Shown here: positions 27,127 to 37,455 of the stretch, piece by piece
Position numbering within the stretch: the stretch's first letter is position 1
Layout of the letters: every line of letters begins with the position of its first letter
Origin: a virus
IMG/VR virus record: IMGVR_UViG_3300011113_000123
Location: 93,581 to 157,580 of that record
Reading direction: 5' to 3' (one strand)
DNA length: 64,000 nt
Program-made: the position numbers and the translations under genes
Notes under the pieces: generated by a model
The model's input: only the letters and a program-made list of their open reading frames with translations
What the model was told of the DNA's origin: nothing
The model's database searches: none

Positions 27127-27579
27127 ATGAACACCGGAATAGGCTATGTCGAATATCGTAATCTGTTTGAGGGCATCCGTAGAGAAAAGCCAGGAGACGA
27201 AAGATATCTAATCTACTTCGGTCGAGCCCATGTTCAAGATCACATAACTAAAGTTGTTTCTAGGGGCCCACTGAAGATTGGTCGAGGAAAGTTCGCAACT
27301 GCTCTGATGCGCGGGAGGAATCAGCCTGGAGTAGACTTTCGCATATATTCAGAAATCATCGTTCCTTACAATCAAGACACATACGATTGTGAACAACTGA
27401 TAAAGTCTGTTCTGAAACATCGTAACATGAAGATGTCGCAGAACCAGCAGGAACTTTATGATATCAGAGACGAAGAGCTCGAACAAACAGTCAGCGCGAT
27501 AGTTGAAATCATAAAGGCAGAAATGCCTGACATCAAGCTGCTGGAAGTTAACAACTACTTTCTAAAAAAGGAAACCTAA
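27127..27579 (+). CDS. Hypothetical protein (possibly GIY-YIG/T5orf172-like)
   Basis: LIYFG...LKIGRG...QELY. Confidence 0.45.
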   Translation: MNTGIGYVEYRNLFEGIRREKPGDERYLIYFGRAHVQDHITKVVSRGPLKIGRGKFATALMRGRNQPGVDFRIYSEIIVPYNQDTYDCEQLIKSVLKHRNMKMSQNQQELYDIRDEELEQTVSAIVEIIKAEMPDIKLLEVNNYFLKKET

Positions 27580-27953
27580 TGGACACTCTCATGACCGCAG
27601 TGCAAATCGTGATTGCCCTTGGTATCGGTTACTTCGTAGGTAAGATACTCGCAGGATTCGTTAGCGCATATTTTGCAAAGAACGAAGAACCTGTTATGAT
27701 TGGAAGTGTGTCTGGTGATGACGTACTGGATTTCGATAAGAGCGAAGTCCCGTTCATTCCTGTTCGTATCATTAAAGAGCACAACCAGTATTACGCTTGG
27801 TTCTCTGTGAACGAAAAGTTCATTGGTCAGGCGACTACCATCGAAGAGATCCATAAAGCGGCTTATGAGCAGGTTCTCAGGCAGATGGGGCTTCGGTGCG
27901 TGTTCACCCAGGAAAAGATCAAGGCTAAGCCCAAGACGAAAAAAGGGCCTTGA
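27579..27953 (+). CDS. Hypothetical membrane-anchored protein
   Basis: N-terminal TM; FIGQATTIEE. Confidence 0.55.
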   Translation: MDTLMTAVQIVIALGIGYFVGKILAGFVSAYFAKNEEPVMIGSVSGDDVLDFDKSEVPFIPVRIIKEHNQYYAWFSVNEKFIGQATTIEEIHKAAYEQVLRQMGLRCVFTQEKIKAKPKTKKGP

Positions 27954-28004
27954 CAATTAATCCATAGTCAGCTACAATTAAGAGTTAGCTATGGAGAAAC
28001 GTAA

Positions 28005-28289
28005 ATGTCAAAAGTAAACGCGCTAGTTTCCAAGTATAACGCCCCTAAAGCTAAGTATAAGGGTGGTGTAGCTAAGTTCGATCCTAGTAAAAAATGGGTC
28101 GAATATAGCTTAGATTTAATCGAAGCCAAGCGTTTACTTCAAGTCGCTGATTTTACTACTAAATTCGACCTAGTAAAAGTAATAAATCAAATCGAGAATA
28201 AAGTAAAGTTCCACGAAAATCATGTAGATTTTGATTTCAATTCTGCGCTAAGAAACTTACGTTTAGCTCGCAAATTGTTACGTATGTAA
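28005..28289 (+). CDS. Hypothetical protein
   Basis: Promoter TTGACA-N17-TACAAT and GGAG RBS. Confidence 0.6.
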   Translation: MSKVNALVSKYNAPKAKYKGGVAKFDPSKKWVEYSLDLIEAKRLLQVADFTTKFDLVKVINQIENKVKFHENHVDFDFNSALRNLRLARKLLRM

Positions 28290-28420
28290 CGAATTTTGAT
28301 ACAAAAAAGATCAAAAAACTTTCCCTAGTGAAATCAGTGACTTACGTATAAGCTACTGATTTTGCTAGGGTTTTTTCTTAGGGTAGCGCCATTGACAATC
28401 AGCCAGGAACCCCGTAGAAT
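28286..28420 (+). promoter_or_regulatory. GTAAC-N7-GATAC box, A-tracts, inverted IHF-like sites and sigma70 promoter (copy 2)
   Basis: GTAACGAATTTTGATAC 28286-28302; AATCAGTGACTTA 28332-28344; TAAGCTACTGATT 28349-28361; TTGACA 28392, TAGAAT 28415. Confidence 0.65.
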
Positions 28421-28450
28421 GTAAATATGATGAATCGAAAGGGAAATCAA

Positions 28451-28696
28451 ATGGAATACGAATCTTTCTTCGAGAACGCCCGCCTTGCTCGCGCCAAAGA
28501 GCGCGCCGCGAAGCTCGAACTGATCGCTGCTGTCGAGCAGTATAGCATCCTGCTGGACAACTACGAGCTCCAGCCTGACAATCACTCCAAGAAAGCGTTG
28601 CAGGATTTCCTGAAGCGATTCCCGAATATCGCGAACTACGATTCCAAGGGTAACTGGATTGGAAACGTTCGTAACGAAAATGGTTGGGTTGCGTGA
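28451..28696 (+). CDS. Early hypothetical protein
   Basis: Follows early promoter and AAGGGA RBS. Confidence 0.6.
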   Translation: MEYESFFENARLARAKERAAKLELIAAVEQYSILLDNYELQPDNHSKKALQDFLKRFPNIANYDSKGNWIGNVRNENGWVA

Positions 28697-28697
28697 C

Positions 28698-28753
28698 TTG
28701 ACAATCAGCCACTAGCCAGGTAGAATGAACATATGATGAAAGGAAACGACATG
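28698..28753 (+). promoter_or_regulatory. Repeated early promoter/RBS cassette
   Basis: TTGACA-N17-TAGAAT...CATATGATGAAAGGAAACGACATG. Confidence 0.8.
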
Positions 28754-29086
28754 AATATCGCCTCTGACCTCGAAGCCGCCCTCCAGAAGTATATCGCCCA
28801 CATTAAGGCTGACTATGCCGGCTGGGGCGAGCGTTCGACTATTCGCGAAGAGATGATCCGCGAGTTCGACGCCTCCGTTCGCTACGAGCTTCATCGTAAG
28901 TTTATCAAGGTTATCACTGGACCGCAGACTGGCGTTCACTCGTTTATCATGCTGGCTGACGACGGTAAGTTCAAGCGCGGCGACATTCTCAAGGCGGCTA
29001 GCTGGAAAGCTCCGGCTAAGAACTTCGCTCGTGGTAATGTGCTGGCTGGACAGCTTGATCGTGTCCGTTGGACGGGAGCTCTCTAA
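28751..29086 (+). CDS. Conserved phage early protein
   Basis: VHSFI...FKRGDILKAASWKAPAKNFARGNV. Confidence 0.75.
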   Translation: MNIASDLEAALQKYIAHIKADYAGWGERSTIREEMIREFDASVRYELHRKFIKVITGPQTGVHSFIMLADDGKFKRGDILKAASWKAPAKNFARGNVLAGQLDRVRWTGAL

Positions 29087-29316
29087 TGAAATATGATCTG
29101 GCTAAAGTCACCAAGGTTTATATGGGCAAGGATCGCCACTGTCGGTGCGGTTGTGGTGGCGAATACGTGGAACGCGGCGACGCCAAGTTCGACCTTCGCT
29201 TGAAGCGGTTCATTAAGATGTGGTGCGACTACACTCCCGCTCAAGATGACATGGGCGACAACTCGCTGAACGTTTCCTATGGGCAGAATCGTGCTCTTAC
29301 CGTTTATTTCGACTAG
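29086..29316 (+). CDS. Hypothetical protein
   Basis: YMGK...CRCGCGGEY. Confidence 0.6.
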   Translation: MKYDLAKVTKVYMGKDRHCRCGCGGEYVERGDAKFDLRLKRFIKMWCDYTPAQDDMGDNSLNVSYGQNRALTVYFD

Positions 29317-29320
29317 GCCC

Positions 29321-29376
29321 TTGACAACCACGTCTGCTCGGTATAGAATGATCATATGGTGAAAGGAAACGACATG
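29321..29376 (+). promoter_or_regulatory. Repeated early promoter/RBS cassette
   Basis: TTGACA-N17-TAGAAT...CATATGGTGAAAGGAAACGACATG. Confidence 0.8.
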
Positions 29377-29610
29377 ACCGCTGCTGAAGTTCTCCGCCTT
29401 GTCGCTAAGGTTAATTTCATCAAGATGGATGATCTTGACCGCGAAGCGTATTCTGGCGTCGAGTCTGACGACGCGATGATCGGCTATAATCTCGTCATCG
29501 ACGACCATGAAGTTGAGTACGTCATTATCCTTGACGGAAATAAAGTTTGCCTTATTAACGAAGAAGGCTATGAATCTCAGTACATCCTCGGTGACAATAT
29601 CTTCGCTTAA
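29374..29610 (+). CDS. Acidic early hypothetical protein
   Basis: Follows promoter cassette. Confidence 0.6.
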   Translation: MTAAEVLRLVAKVNFIKMDDLDREAYSGVESDDAMIGYNLVIDDHEVEYVIILDGNKVCLINEEGYESQYILGDNIFA

Positions 29611-29628
29611 TCCAACCTGGAGATTGCT

Positions 29629-29808
29629 ATGACTGTCAATGAAGCCGTTGCTCTCGCTGCCCGCCTCGAGTCGCTTATCCGCCGCGCTGATATGTTTGGT
29701 AAGGATCGCACCTGCATCCTCGAAGAAATCAACGATATCGCGTTTGACTTGCGCGACTATGCTGACCGCCTTGACGAGGCTATGGAGGAGTTGCTCTGTG
29801 ATGAGTGA
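29629..29808 (+). CDS. Hypothetical protein (59 aa)
   Basis: GGAG RBS; MTVNEAVALAARLES... Confidence 0.55.
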   Translation: MTVNEAVALAARLESLIRRADMFGKDRTCILEEINDIAFDLRDYADRLDEAMEELLCDE

Positions 29809-30004
29809 TACGTTCCTATCTGCTGAACCAGTTTCTTCTCGCGAGGAAATCATACAAGAGTTGTATGATCGTTTGCGCGCTGTTCGTCGAGCACTCGACG
29901 CGAAGTTTCCAGTCTACGACGACTTTGAAGTAGGTATCAATTGTCGTTTGGCTAACGAAGAGATGTGGCTGGAAGATCTACTCGATAAGATCGAAAGGAG
30001 CTGA
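29801..30004 (+). CDS. Hypothetical protein
   Basis: GGAGGAG RBS. Confidence 0.55.
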   Translation: MSDTFLSAEPVSSREEIIQELYDRLRAVRRALDAKFPVYDDFEVGINCRLANEEMWLEDLLDKIERS

Positions 30005-30006
30005 GC

Positions 30007-30171
30007 ATGAAGTATAGAATCGCTTTCGCCGCTGCGCTTGGGTTCGTGTTCACGGGCGTATGTCTGTTCGTGTTTGGTACGGAGTATGGTATGATCGTGG
30101 GTCTTCTGGGTTCAGCTGTTCTAGGTTTTGTCAGCGATGGTATCTATAATCGTATATTCGGAGCACGGTAA
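30007..30171 (+). CDS. Small membrane protein
   Basis: AAGGAG RBS, two TM segments. Confidence 0.55.
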   Translation: MKYRIAFAAALGFVFTGVCLFVFGTEYGMIVGLLGSAVLGFVSDGIYNRIFGAR

Positions 30172-30389
30172 TGCCTTACAAGGAAGTATGGGTCGACGAA
30201 GACGATATCAAAGATTTCCATGACGATGATCTTGTCGACGAGCTTGAACGTCGTGGATATATCGTCATGCGAAAGGGTACCAGCGAAGACCTGCTGTTCA
30301 AGATCAAGCAGTCATATATAATTGACTCACCCGATGACTTCCGTAAGTTCATCGAGCAATTTCTAAAAGATCATGGGCATCATGTATGA
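30171..30389 (+). CDS. Hypothetical protein
   Basis: DLVDELERRGY; coupled. Confidence 0.6.
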   Translation: MPYKEVWVDEDDIKDFHDDDLVDELERRGYIVMRKGTSEDLLFKIKQSYIIDSPDDFRKFIEQFLKDHGHHV

Positions 30390-30628
30390 CTAACAGAGAA
30401 ATGATTCAGACTCGGTTCTACGAGTTTATCTTTAAATCTATGGACGACATGCGGACTCTGAATCCTGAGCTCAAGGAAGCAGAGGCTGCATATATCGTCA
30501 TGACTGCTGCGTTCGACGCTCTTTCCAAGACGTGGATGAACGCATACGGCGCGAAGTACATGGCTGAATACTTTTATCGAGTTGCAGATCAGTATGTCGA
30601 TCTTTCTAATGAGGAAGTTGCTAGATGA
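30386..30628 (+). CDS. Hypothetical protein
   Basis: ATGA-coupled ORF. Confidence 0.55.
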   Translation: MTNREMIQTRFYEFIFKSMDDMRTLNPELKEAEAAYIVMTAAFDALSKTWMNAYGAKYMAEYFYRVADQYVDLSNEEVAR

Positions 30629-31218
30629 CTAAGATTATCGGAATCTGTGGATTGATTGGCTCTGGTAAGAATACCGCAGCTGAGCATCTCATGCGCGAAC
30701 ATGATTACCTTGGTATTTCCTTCGCTGAAACGCTGAAGGACGCAGCAGCCTGCATCTTTGGCTGGGATCGTGATATGCTTGAAGGCGCGACAGCAGCAGA
30801 TCGTCAGACGCGCGAGCTCAAGGATGAATGGTGGAGCGAACGGCTAGGCTTTGATGTTTCGCCGCGTTATATGCTACAGTTTCTCGGAACTGAAGTGATG
30901 CGCAACAATCTCCATACTGATATCTGGGTGTTGGCTACCGAGCGGCACATCATCGAAATGGCGCAGGACTATCCTTGGGCTAAGTTCGTGATCAGTGACG
31001 TTCGTTTCCCTAACGAAGTAGCCATGATCCGTAGGCTTGGCGGAAAGGTTATTCACGTTCGTCGTGGCGATCTTCCCGAGTGGTTTGGTCAAGACCCCGA
31101 AGATATCCATGCGTCAGAAACTGCGTGGAACAACGAACGCTTCGACGCCACGATTCGTAATGATGGCACAGTTGAAGAGTTGAATCAAAACATTGACAAT
31201 CTGCTCAAAGAGTGGTAG
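30625..31218 (+). CDS. Deoxynucleoside monophosphate kinase (T4 gp1-like)
   Basis: IIGICGLIGSGK, SFAETLKD, PRYMLQFLGTE, ISDVRFPNE, HASE. Confidence 0.9.
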   Translation: MTKIIGICGLIGSGKNTAAEHLMREHDYLGISFAETLKDAAACIFGWDRDMLEGATAADRQTRELKDEWWSERLGFDVSPRYMLQFLGTEVMRNNLHTDIWVLATERHIIEMAQDYPWAKFVISDVRFPNEVAMIRRLGGKVIHVRRGDLPEWFGQDPEDIHASETAWNNERFDATIRNDGTVEELNQNIDNLLKEW

Positions 31219-31244
31219 AATATATGTAATGATGGAGCTTGGTT

Positions 31245-31625
31245 ATGAACGTTGGCGATGTGGTTACCATTCGAGTTCGCGATTGTCGTAATGCCTCGAT
31301 CTACGCGGCTGGCGTAGTGCGTGAGTTCAGTGAGTATACGGGCAAGATCCTGGATAATCCTAAGTGGGTATCCAGCGATTCCGTTTGCATTTCAACGGGC
31401 GATACTGCGTTCCCGTTCCGTATCATCGATCGCGAGCGCATCGTCAGTCTGAACGAAGCTCCTGTTATCCATACGCCTGTTGCTACTCGCAGCGAAACTT
31501 TCATTGTCCCAGGCTCCAAGCCAGGAGCCACGTATACTGTCACGCGCGATGGCTCCGCCTGGAGCTGCACTTGCGTTGGCTTTGGTTTCCGTAAAGACTG
31601 CAAGCATATCAGGGAGTGCAAGTGA
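31245..31625 (+). CDS. SWIM-type zinc finger protein
   Basis: WSCTCVGFGFRKDCKHI. Confidence 0.75.
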   Translation: MNVGDVVTIRVRDCRNASIYAAGVVREFSEYTGKILDNPKWVSSDSVCISTGDTAFPFRIIDRERIVSLNEAPVIHTPVATRSETFIVPGSKPGATYTVTRDGSAWSCTCVGFGFRKDCKHIRECK

Positions 31626-33769
31626 TGAGATACTCGTTGATCCGTGAACGCGATGGTGTTGGTGACTCTGGTCCTATGTGTCAGATTCTAGACTATGAAT
31701 CATGGAAACCGATTGAAGGCGAAACGTATCCGCGAGTAGGATGCGGTGTTCGTGTTGGTTCATACATCGCTCGCACATATAGTGGACAGGATTGGTGGCA
31801 GTGTACTCCTATCACAGAAATCCTTGAAGAGTCTGTAGATGATGAAGGCTATAGGACTGTGAGGTTCAAGACTCGTAACTCTGTCTATACCTGGAAGGAG
31901 TTTTGATATGACGCACTCCATGAAAGAGATGAACACTCGTTTGCTTTCTGATGGTATTAAGAAAGACGTTGACGATAACAGAATCGTATACTATAAGAAC
32001 GAAGTAGAGATCCTGCTGAAAGAGATTGCTCGTCTACGTGAAAAGTGCGATCGCCAGGCTCATATCCTTCGTAGGCTGACGCCCGAGAGTTATCCAGGAA
32101 CTATGTTTATCTCAGGTGTTCTGGGAAAGACTGATCAGAATCGTATGCCAGAGAAGCTGCTTGTAGTGCCTGGTTATGGTGTTGAGTTTGCATACGTCTA
32201 TGAGCGCACTGATAAAACGTTTGGCGCGGAGTGGTAATGTTTACGCCATACGAAAAAGAACACTACGACTTTCTTGACAGTCTGATGTTCGAACTGTATG
32301 ATGAACAGACTCGCAACCTGATCTATGACTTCTATGATAAGTATGATGTGAAAGCATATCTTCCTCGACAGCTGGATCGAAAGAACTGGCTTGAGTACAT
32401 CATCGAGTTTAGAGAACTGTCACTGTCTACCGATAGGTTTAAGATAGTTATCGAAGGTGATAGACATTCTATATGGAAGATTGACTGATGAATAACAACA
32501 TAGTGAATTTTCCTGATAACAAGATTGTTCGTGAGGTAACAGCAGTCTCATTTGAGAAGATACAGAAGTTCATTCTGTATCATAAGATTGCAGAAGAATG
32601 TGATGCAGAATTTGGTGACTCTGGAACAGTCGTTTTTCCTAATATAAATTGTTTCGAAAAGTTCTGTGAGAAACTATTGGAGTCAAAATGATTGACGAAC
32701 AACTGTATAAAGACACAGATGTCAGAGTGATCGATCAGCGTATTGGTATGGGTATCGGTGGTCTCAATACAGTTGTTCGTCTGTATCATAAGCCGACTGG
32801 TATTCTGATTGAGATGCCTAAACTACTTAGTAGTGATTACTACAATAAAATGCTGGCGTTTGAGATGCTGCAACATGCTCTAACAAAGTTGGCGGGTGAA
32901 TGAGATACTTTTCATACAACGAATATGTCGAAGACGCTAATGCTAACTCAGTTGTTACACTGTCAGAAGAAGACATTCGCAGAGATTACTGGACATTTTG
33001 GTACGGTAAGATGTGTGAAAAGTATGGCAAAGAGCATGTTGATGCTACTTATTGTTTTGAAGACTGCTTAGATGATTGGATTGTAGTCAATTGGGCATGG
33101 GAGGTGAGCGATGAGCGACACAGTTAGAATTGAATACATGATGCTCAGTGAGCAAGGAATCGTTATCATGAACTGGACCACAGCTCAGGGTGGCGTTGAA
33201 AACAACCCGCAGATCTACGTTCCCCGCGCATTGGATGTGAAACGCAGTCTCAGCCCTAATCCTAGCACTAGTCGCGTCCGTGTTATCAGCGAACAAACTA
33301 ACCGTATTGTGGATATGTTCCCATGAGTGAAGATAATCTCGATGATGCCCTTGAAGGGCTTCGACAAGCATTCGCAGACCATGACGCGGAACTTGCTAAG
33401 ATGGCCGACGAATGCGATCCAGAAGTCAAGCTCGCTGTGACTAAATGGGTTATGAAGCACATCGTCGAGCACGCGCGCGAGGGAGGCAGCTATCGCTATC
33501 TCATCTATGATCGACTGGGCTTTGGTCCAGAAGCATACGCTCCGCTTTGCTCTGATGGGCTGACTATCAGCAACGAGTTTGATCTCGATACTGTTCCGCA
33601 AGCTCGTGCGGCTTTGGCTGCTGGAGATCATGACGAGCTGAAGAAAATCTTGAGCTGCTGCGATGAGCCAGGATGCTACGACGAAATCAGCGCGGGATGG
33701 CCATCTCCTAACGGATATCGCAGCACCTGCAGCAAACACTATCAAGAAGGAAATCGCAAGGATGAATGA
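31625..33769 (+). other. Run of small coupled hypothetical ORFs (31625-31906, 31908-32237, 32237-32488, 32488-32691, 32688-32903, 32900-33127, 33111-33326, 33323-33769)
   Basis: Contiguous same-strand ORFs with stop/start overlaps; no recognisable motifs. Confidence 0.6.
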
Positions 33770-34373
33770 TATCATCGTCGCCGATGATCTGTTACCGATT
33801 GAAACACATCAGAAACTGTATGATCATATTAAGAAGCTGAACATGTCCAACGAATGGAGTAGTGTCAGCGACAAGAATAGGGCGTGGCACTGGAATTACG
33901 TGTTCCATAACTCTAAGCAGTTCATGCCTGCGATGGATCATACTCAGTACGAAGCTCTCAAGGAAAGCCATCCGTTCGTTGCTGATCTGTGGGATCATAT
34001 AAGCGAAGCGGCTAATTCTAGAGTCGGAGCACTGGAGCCTCTACGAATCTATATGAACTGCAATCCGTATGGAACGAATGGATACATCCATCAAGACGAC
34101 GGAGATATGACTGCGGTTTATTATGCGTGCCCAGAATGGGATACGGAATGGGAAGGCGGAACGTGTTTCTATAAAGAAGAAAATGGAACGTATGATGCTA
34201 TCCATTATTCTTCATACAAGCCAAATAGGCTAGTCTTGTTCAAGGCTTCTACGCCACACAGAGCTATGCCTGTAGATCGATCATGTAGGCTTCCAAGATA
34301 TGTAATCGCTATGAAGCTACAGTTCGACGTTAATGATCCGGAATATGCAAATAGGTTCTATAATGAAAAGTGA
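33762..34373 (+). CDS. 2OG-Fe(II) oxygenase
   Basis: IHQD, WEGGT, YKPNRLVLF, PHRA..R. Confidence 0.85.
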   Translation: MNDIIVADDLLPIETHQKLYDHIKKLNMSNEWSSVSDKNRAWHWNYVFHNSKQFMPAMDHTQYEALKESHPFVADLWDHISEAANSRVGALEPLRIYMNCNPYGTNGYIHQDDGDMTAVYYACPEWDTEWEGGTCFYKEENGTYDAIHYSSYKPNRLVLFKASTPHRAMPVDRSCRLPRYVIAMKLQFDVNDPEYANRFYNEK

Positions 34374-34462
34374 TCTCGAACTTCTTGTCGAATATGACAT
34401 GTATGTTAATGGCTTTGATCCCGACAACAAGGATGAAGTCATAGCCTATTGGGCGTATATGC

Positions 34463-34702
34463 TTGCTTAGTAAACGAGCAGAATGGTGGATTGAGTGGAG
34501 CTCGACGGCGATTCTTATCGTTGGCGTAGCCCTAACCGCCTGGAATATCTATCCGCTCAATGTTTGGCTTTCTTTGGCTGGAAACTTTGGTTGGCTAATT
34601 GTTGGCGTTTTATGGCAAAAATATTCACTCTTGACAATTCAGATCATAGTGAGTATAATATATCTAATGGGTCTGGCTAAACATTATGGAGTATGGCTGT
34701 GA
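34463..34702 (+). CDS. Small membrane protein
   Basis: NIYPLNVW...W; three hydrophobic segments. Confidence 0.6.
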   Translation: MLSKRAEWWIEWSSTAILIVGVALTAWNIYPLNVWLSLAGNFGWLIVGVLWQKYSLLTIQIIVSIIYLMGLAKHYGVWL

Positions 34703-34980
34703 ATATCGCCCTCGACTTCGATGATACGTATACCCGCGATCCCGCCATGTGGGACGCATTTATCGATATGGCTATTTCGTGTGGCCACGATATTCGTATC
34801 GTGACGTTCCGTAAGTCAACGATGCGCGATTTTGCCCTAGATGATATGCTCATTCCCGTGATCTATACGGAGTATCAGCAGAAGCGTCAGTTTACCAACA
34901 AGATGGGCTGGATGGTCGATGTTTGGATCGACGACAGCCCAGAGTTTATCGTCAATCCCGTGGTAATGGTGGGACAATGA
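34693..34980 (+). CDS. Minimal HAD-like protein
   Basis: ALDFDDTY, IVTFR, WIDDSP. Confidence 0.7.
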   Translation: MAVNIALDFDDTYTRDPAMWDAFIDMAISCGHDIRIVTFRKSTMRDFALDDMLIPVIYTEYQQKRQFTNKMGWMVDVWIDDSPEFIVNPVVMVGQ

Positions 34981-35657
34981 AGATCGGTATCATGTCTGAT
35001 CTGCACATGTACAAGACTGTGCTGACCGAAGAAACACCTTGGGACTTTGAACCCGAGGATGATGTGTTCTATATTTGTGCTGGCGATATCTGTGAAGACG
35101 ACGATTCTCGCCATCGCTGGGTACAGAAGCATCGCGATCATATGTTTGCCATCAACGGCAATCACGATTACTATGGCGGATATTTTACTGACGCGATATA
35201 TGGCACGAAGACGCAAGAAGTCAACGGCATCAAGATCGCTGGTGCTACTCTGTGGACTGACCTATCCAAGCCTATTGACTGGGTAATGTATATGAATGGG
35301 CTGATCGATTGCCGCTACATCAAGGGCGTCACTCATCCGCGAATGATGGAGACTCACGATGCACACAAGCACTTTCTTTTTACAAGTGAAGCTGATATCA
35401 TTGTATCTCATCATACACCATCGCTTCAGTCAGTTCATGAGAAGTATCGTGGTAGCCCTTTTAACTCATCGTTCTCTAACAACTTGGACGAGCAGATTCT
35501 TTCTATGAAGAAGCCGCCTAAGCTGTGGATTCACGGGCATACCCACGATGACTTCGATTATATGATTGGTGAGACTCGTGTTGTGTGTTGGCCTCGCGGC
35601 TACAAGAATGAGCGCGAGAACTACAGGAACTACAAGCCTAAGATCGTGGAGATTTGA
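34977..35657 (+). CDS. Metallophosphoesterase
   Basis: SDLH, AGD, GNHD, TLWTD, HHTP, HGHTH. Confidence 0.9.
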   Translation: MKIGIMSDLHMYKTVLTEETPWDFEPEDDVFYICAGDICEDDDSRHRWVQKHRDHMFAINGNHDYYGGYFTDAIYGTKTQEVNGIKIAGATLWTDLSKPIDWVMYMNGLIDCRYIKGVTHPRMMETHDAHKHFLFTSEADIIVSHHTPSLQSVHEKYRGSPFNSSFSNNLDEQILSMKKPPKLWIHGHTHDDFDYMIGETRVVCWPRGYKNERENYRNYKPKIVEI

Positions 35658-35658
35658 T

Positions 35659-36198
35659 ATGAACATCTTCTACGTAGAAACTGATCCATACAAAGCCGCT
35701 GAGTCTATGGTCGACAAGCATGTCGTCAAGATGATTCTCGAATCTGCTCAGTTGCTTTCTACGGCTCATCGTCTTCTCGATGGCGTTGAGTATGTTGGTC
35801 AATCTCAGTCTGGTCGCAAGGCCAAGCGTTGGCGTTTGCCCGACGAGCGTGATGATATTCTGTATTCTGCGACGCACATCAATCATCCGAGCGCTGTATG
35901 GTGTCGTCAGACGAATAACAACTACACGTGGCTTTATTGTCACTTCGTCGGCTTGCTCAACGAGTATACATATCGTTATGGTAAGACGCATAAGTGTGCT
36001 GAGTCGACGTTTCGTCAACTGCTTCAGACGTTGCCAGCCAACATTCCTGTAGGTCCACTGACACCAGTCACGCCTGCGATGCTTGACGAATACAAGATTG
36101 GTAATGACTCACTCGCTTCTTATCGCAACTATTACAAGGTAGGTAAGACGCACCTACATAAGTGGACCAAGCGCGAAACTCCTCAGTGGATGCTCTGA
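35659..36198 (+). CDS. Pyrimidine-dimer DNA glycosylase-like protein
   Basis: MNIF...DKHVVKMILESAQLLSTAH...THINHPS..W...EYTYRYGKTH. Confidence 0.75.
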   Translation: MNIFYVETDPYKAAESMVDKHVVKMILESAQLLSTAHRLLDGVEYVGQSQSGRKAKRWRLPDERDDILYSATHINHPSAVWCRQTNNNYTWLYCHFVGLLNEYTYRYGKTHKCAESTFRQLLQTLPANIPVGPLTPVTPAMLDEYKIGNDSLASYRNYYKVGKTHLHKWTKRETPQWML

Positions 36199-36199
36199 T

Positions 36200-36553
36200 A
36201 TGTCTGAATATGTTCCTACCGAAGTCGAGAAGCAGAGACGAATCAGAGTTCTGCTTTCTCTCTACGCATACACATACGAGTACAAGGATCGTTCTATCGT
36301 GTCGGATGGAGACTACGATAGAATGGCTTTGCTCGTAGATACATCTATTGACACAGGCAACAAGAAGTTAGACAACTTCTTCAAGAAGCACTACTCACCG
36401 CATACTGGTATGTGGATTAGGAAGCATCCAGAAAAAGATAAGCTAGAAGCATTGTACGTTCAATACGATCTAGGATTTCCTAACTGGTTGCTTCGTGCAG
36501 GAGCAAATCTTTACGATTTAAGGGGAAATGATGTTCATCAAGCTACGCAATAA
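36200..36553 (+). CDS. NAD-ligase N-terminal-like small domain protein
   Basis: YAYTYE....IVSDGDYD...TGMW. Confidence 0.5.
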   Translation: MSEYVPTEVEKQRRIRVLLSLYAYTYEYKDRSIVSDGDYDRMALLVDTSIDTGNKKLDNFFKKHYSPHTGMWIRKHPEKDKLEALYVQYDLGFPNWLLRAGANLYDLRGNDVHQATQ

Positions 36554-36743
36554 TGCAGACGGATTCAAAGACGAAGACATTTGGATCAACGTAGATCACA
36601 TCACAGCCATTTACGAACATCCTAAAGTTCCTGGTGGTGGATTGACTACGTTCGTTCATGGGCAGATGGGTCCTCCTATCACCTGGGAAGTCGAAGAATC
36701 TGCTAGAGAAATCATCAAGATGATCGAGGAAAACAATGCATAA
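36528..36743 (+). CDS. FlbD-like hypothetical protein
   Basis: FIKL...IWINVDHI...VEESAREI. Confidence 0.55.
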   Translation: MMFIKLRNNADGFKDEDIWINVDHITAIYEHPKVPGGGLTTFVHGQMGPPITWEVEESAREIIKMIEENNA

Positions 36744-37455
36744 GGTAACTGCGATTGCTGTCACTCAGCCGCTTATCACTACATCAAAAAGCACCTTTCC
36801 TCAGTATGAACCAGATGTTCGTATGAGCGTTGACGAGTTCATTGCATATGTTGCTCGTGTTTCTAATCCTTCCAATCAGAACAACACTCTGACCGCACCA
36901 AAGCTGCTTCGCTATCTCGCAAAACATAAGCACTGGTCGCCGTTTGAGATGGCTGACATTGTTATGGAAATTGAAACGACGCGCGATATCGCACGACAGA
37001 TTCTTCGTCATCGTTCGTTCTCTTTCCAGGAGTTCTCTCAGCGTTATGCTGATCCGACACAGAGCCTTGGTTTCTCAACTCGTGAAGCACGTTTGCAGGA
37101 TATGAAGAACCGTCAGAACAGCATTGAGATTGATAAGAACGACGACTATCAAGGTGGGCTGCATGACCGTTGGGTTCTGATGCAAGAAGCTGTTACCACG
37201 GAATCTAAAAGAGCTTACGCTTGGGCGATTGATAATGGTATCGCCAAGGAACAAGCTCGTGCTGTTCTTCCAGAAGGTCTGACTAACTCTCGCATGTATA
37301 TGAAGGGTTCTGTTCGTAGCTGGATTCACTATTGCGCTGTACGAACTGACCCGTCGACTCAGAAGGAACATCGTGAAATTGCTCTTGATGCGTGGTACGA
37401 ACTTACTCGTCTCTTCCCATCGCTGAAGGATTGTCTTGATATTGGAGCTGAGTGA
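36736..37455 (+). CDS. thyX: FAD-dependent thymidylate synthase
   Basis: HWSPFE, RQILRHRSFSFQEFSQRY, EQARAVLP, TQKEHR. Confidence 0.95.
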   Translation: MHKVTAIAVTQPLITTSKSTFPQYEPDVRMSVDEFIAYVARVSNPSNQNNTLTAPKLLRYLAKHKHWSPFEMADIVMEIETTRDIARQILRHRSFSFQEFSQRYADPTQSLGFSTREARLQDMKNRQNSIEIDKNDDYQGGLHDRWVLMQEAVTTESKRAYAWAIDNGIAKEQARAVLPEGLTNSRMYMKGSVRSWIHYCAVRTDPSTQKEHREIALDAWYELTRLFPSLKDCLDIGAE

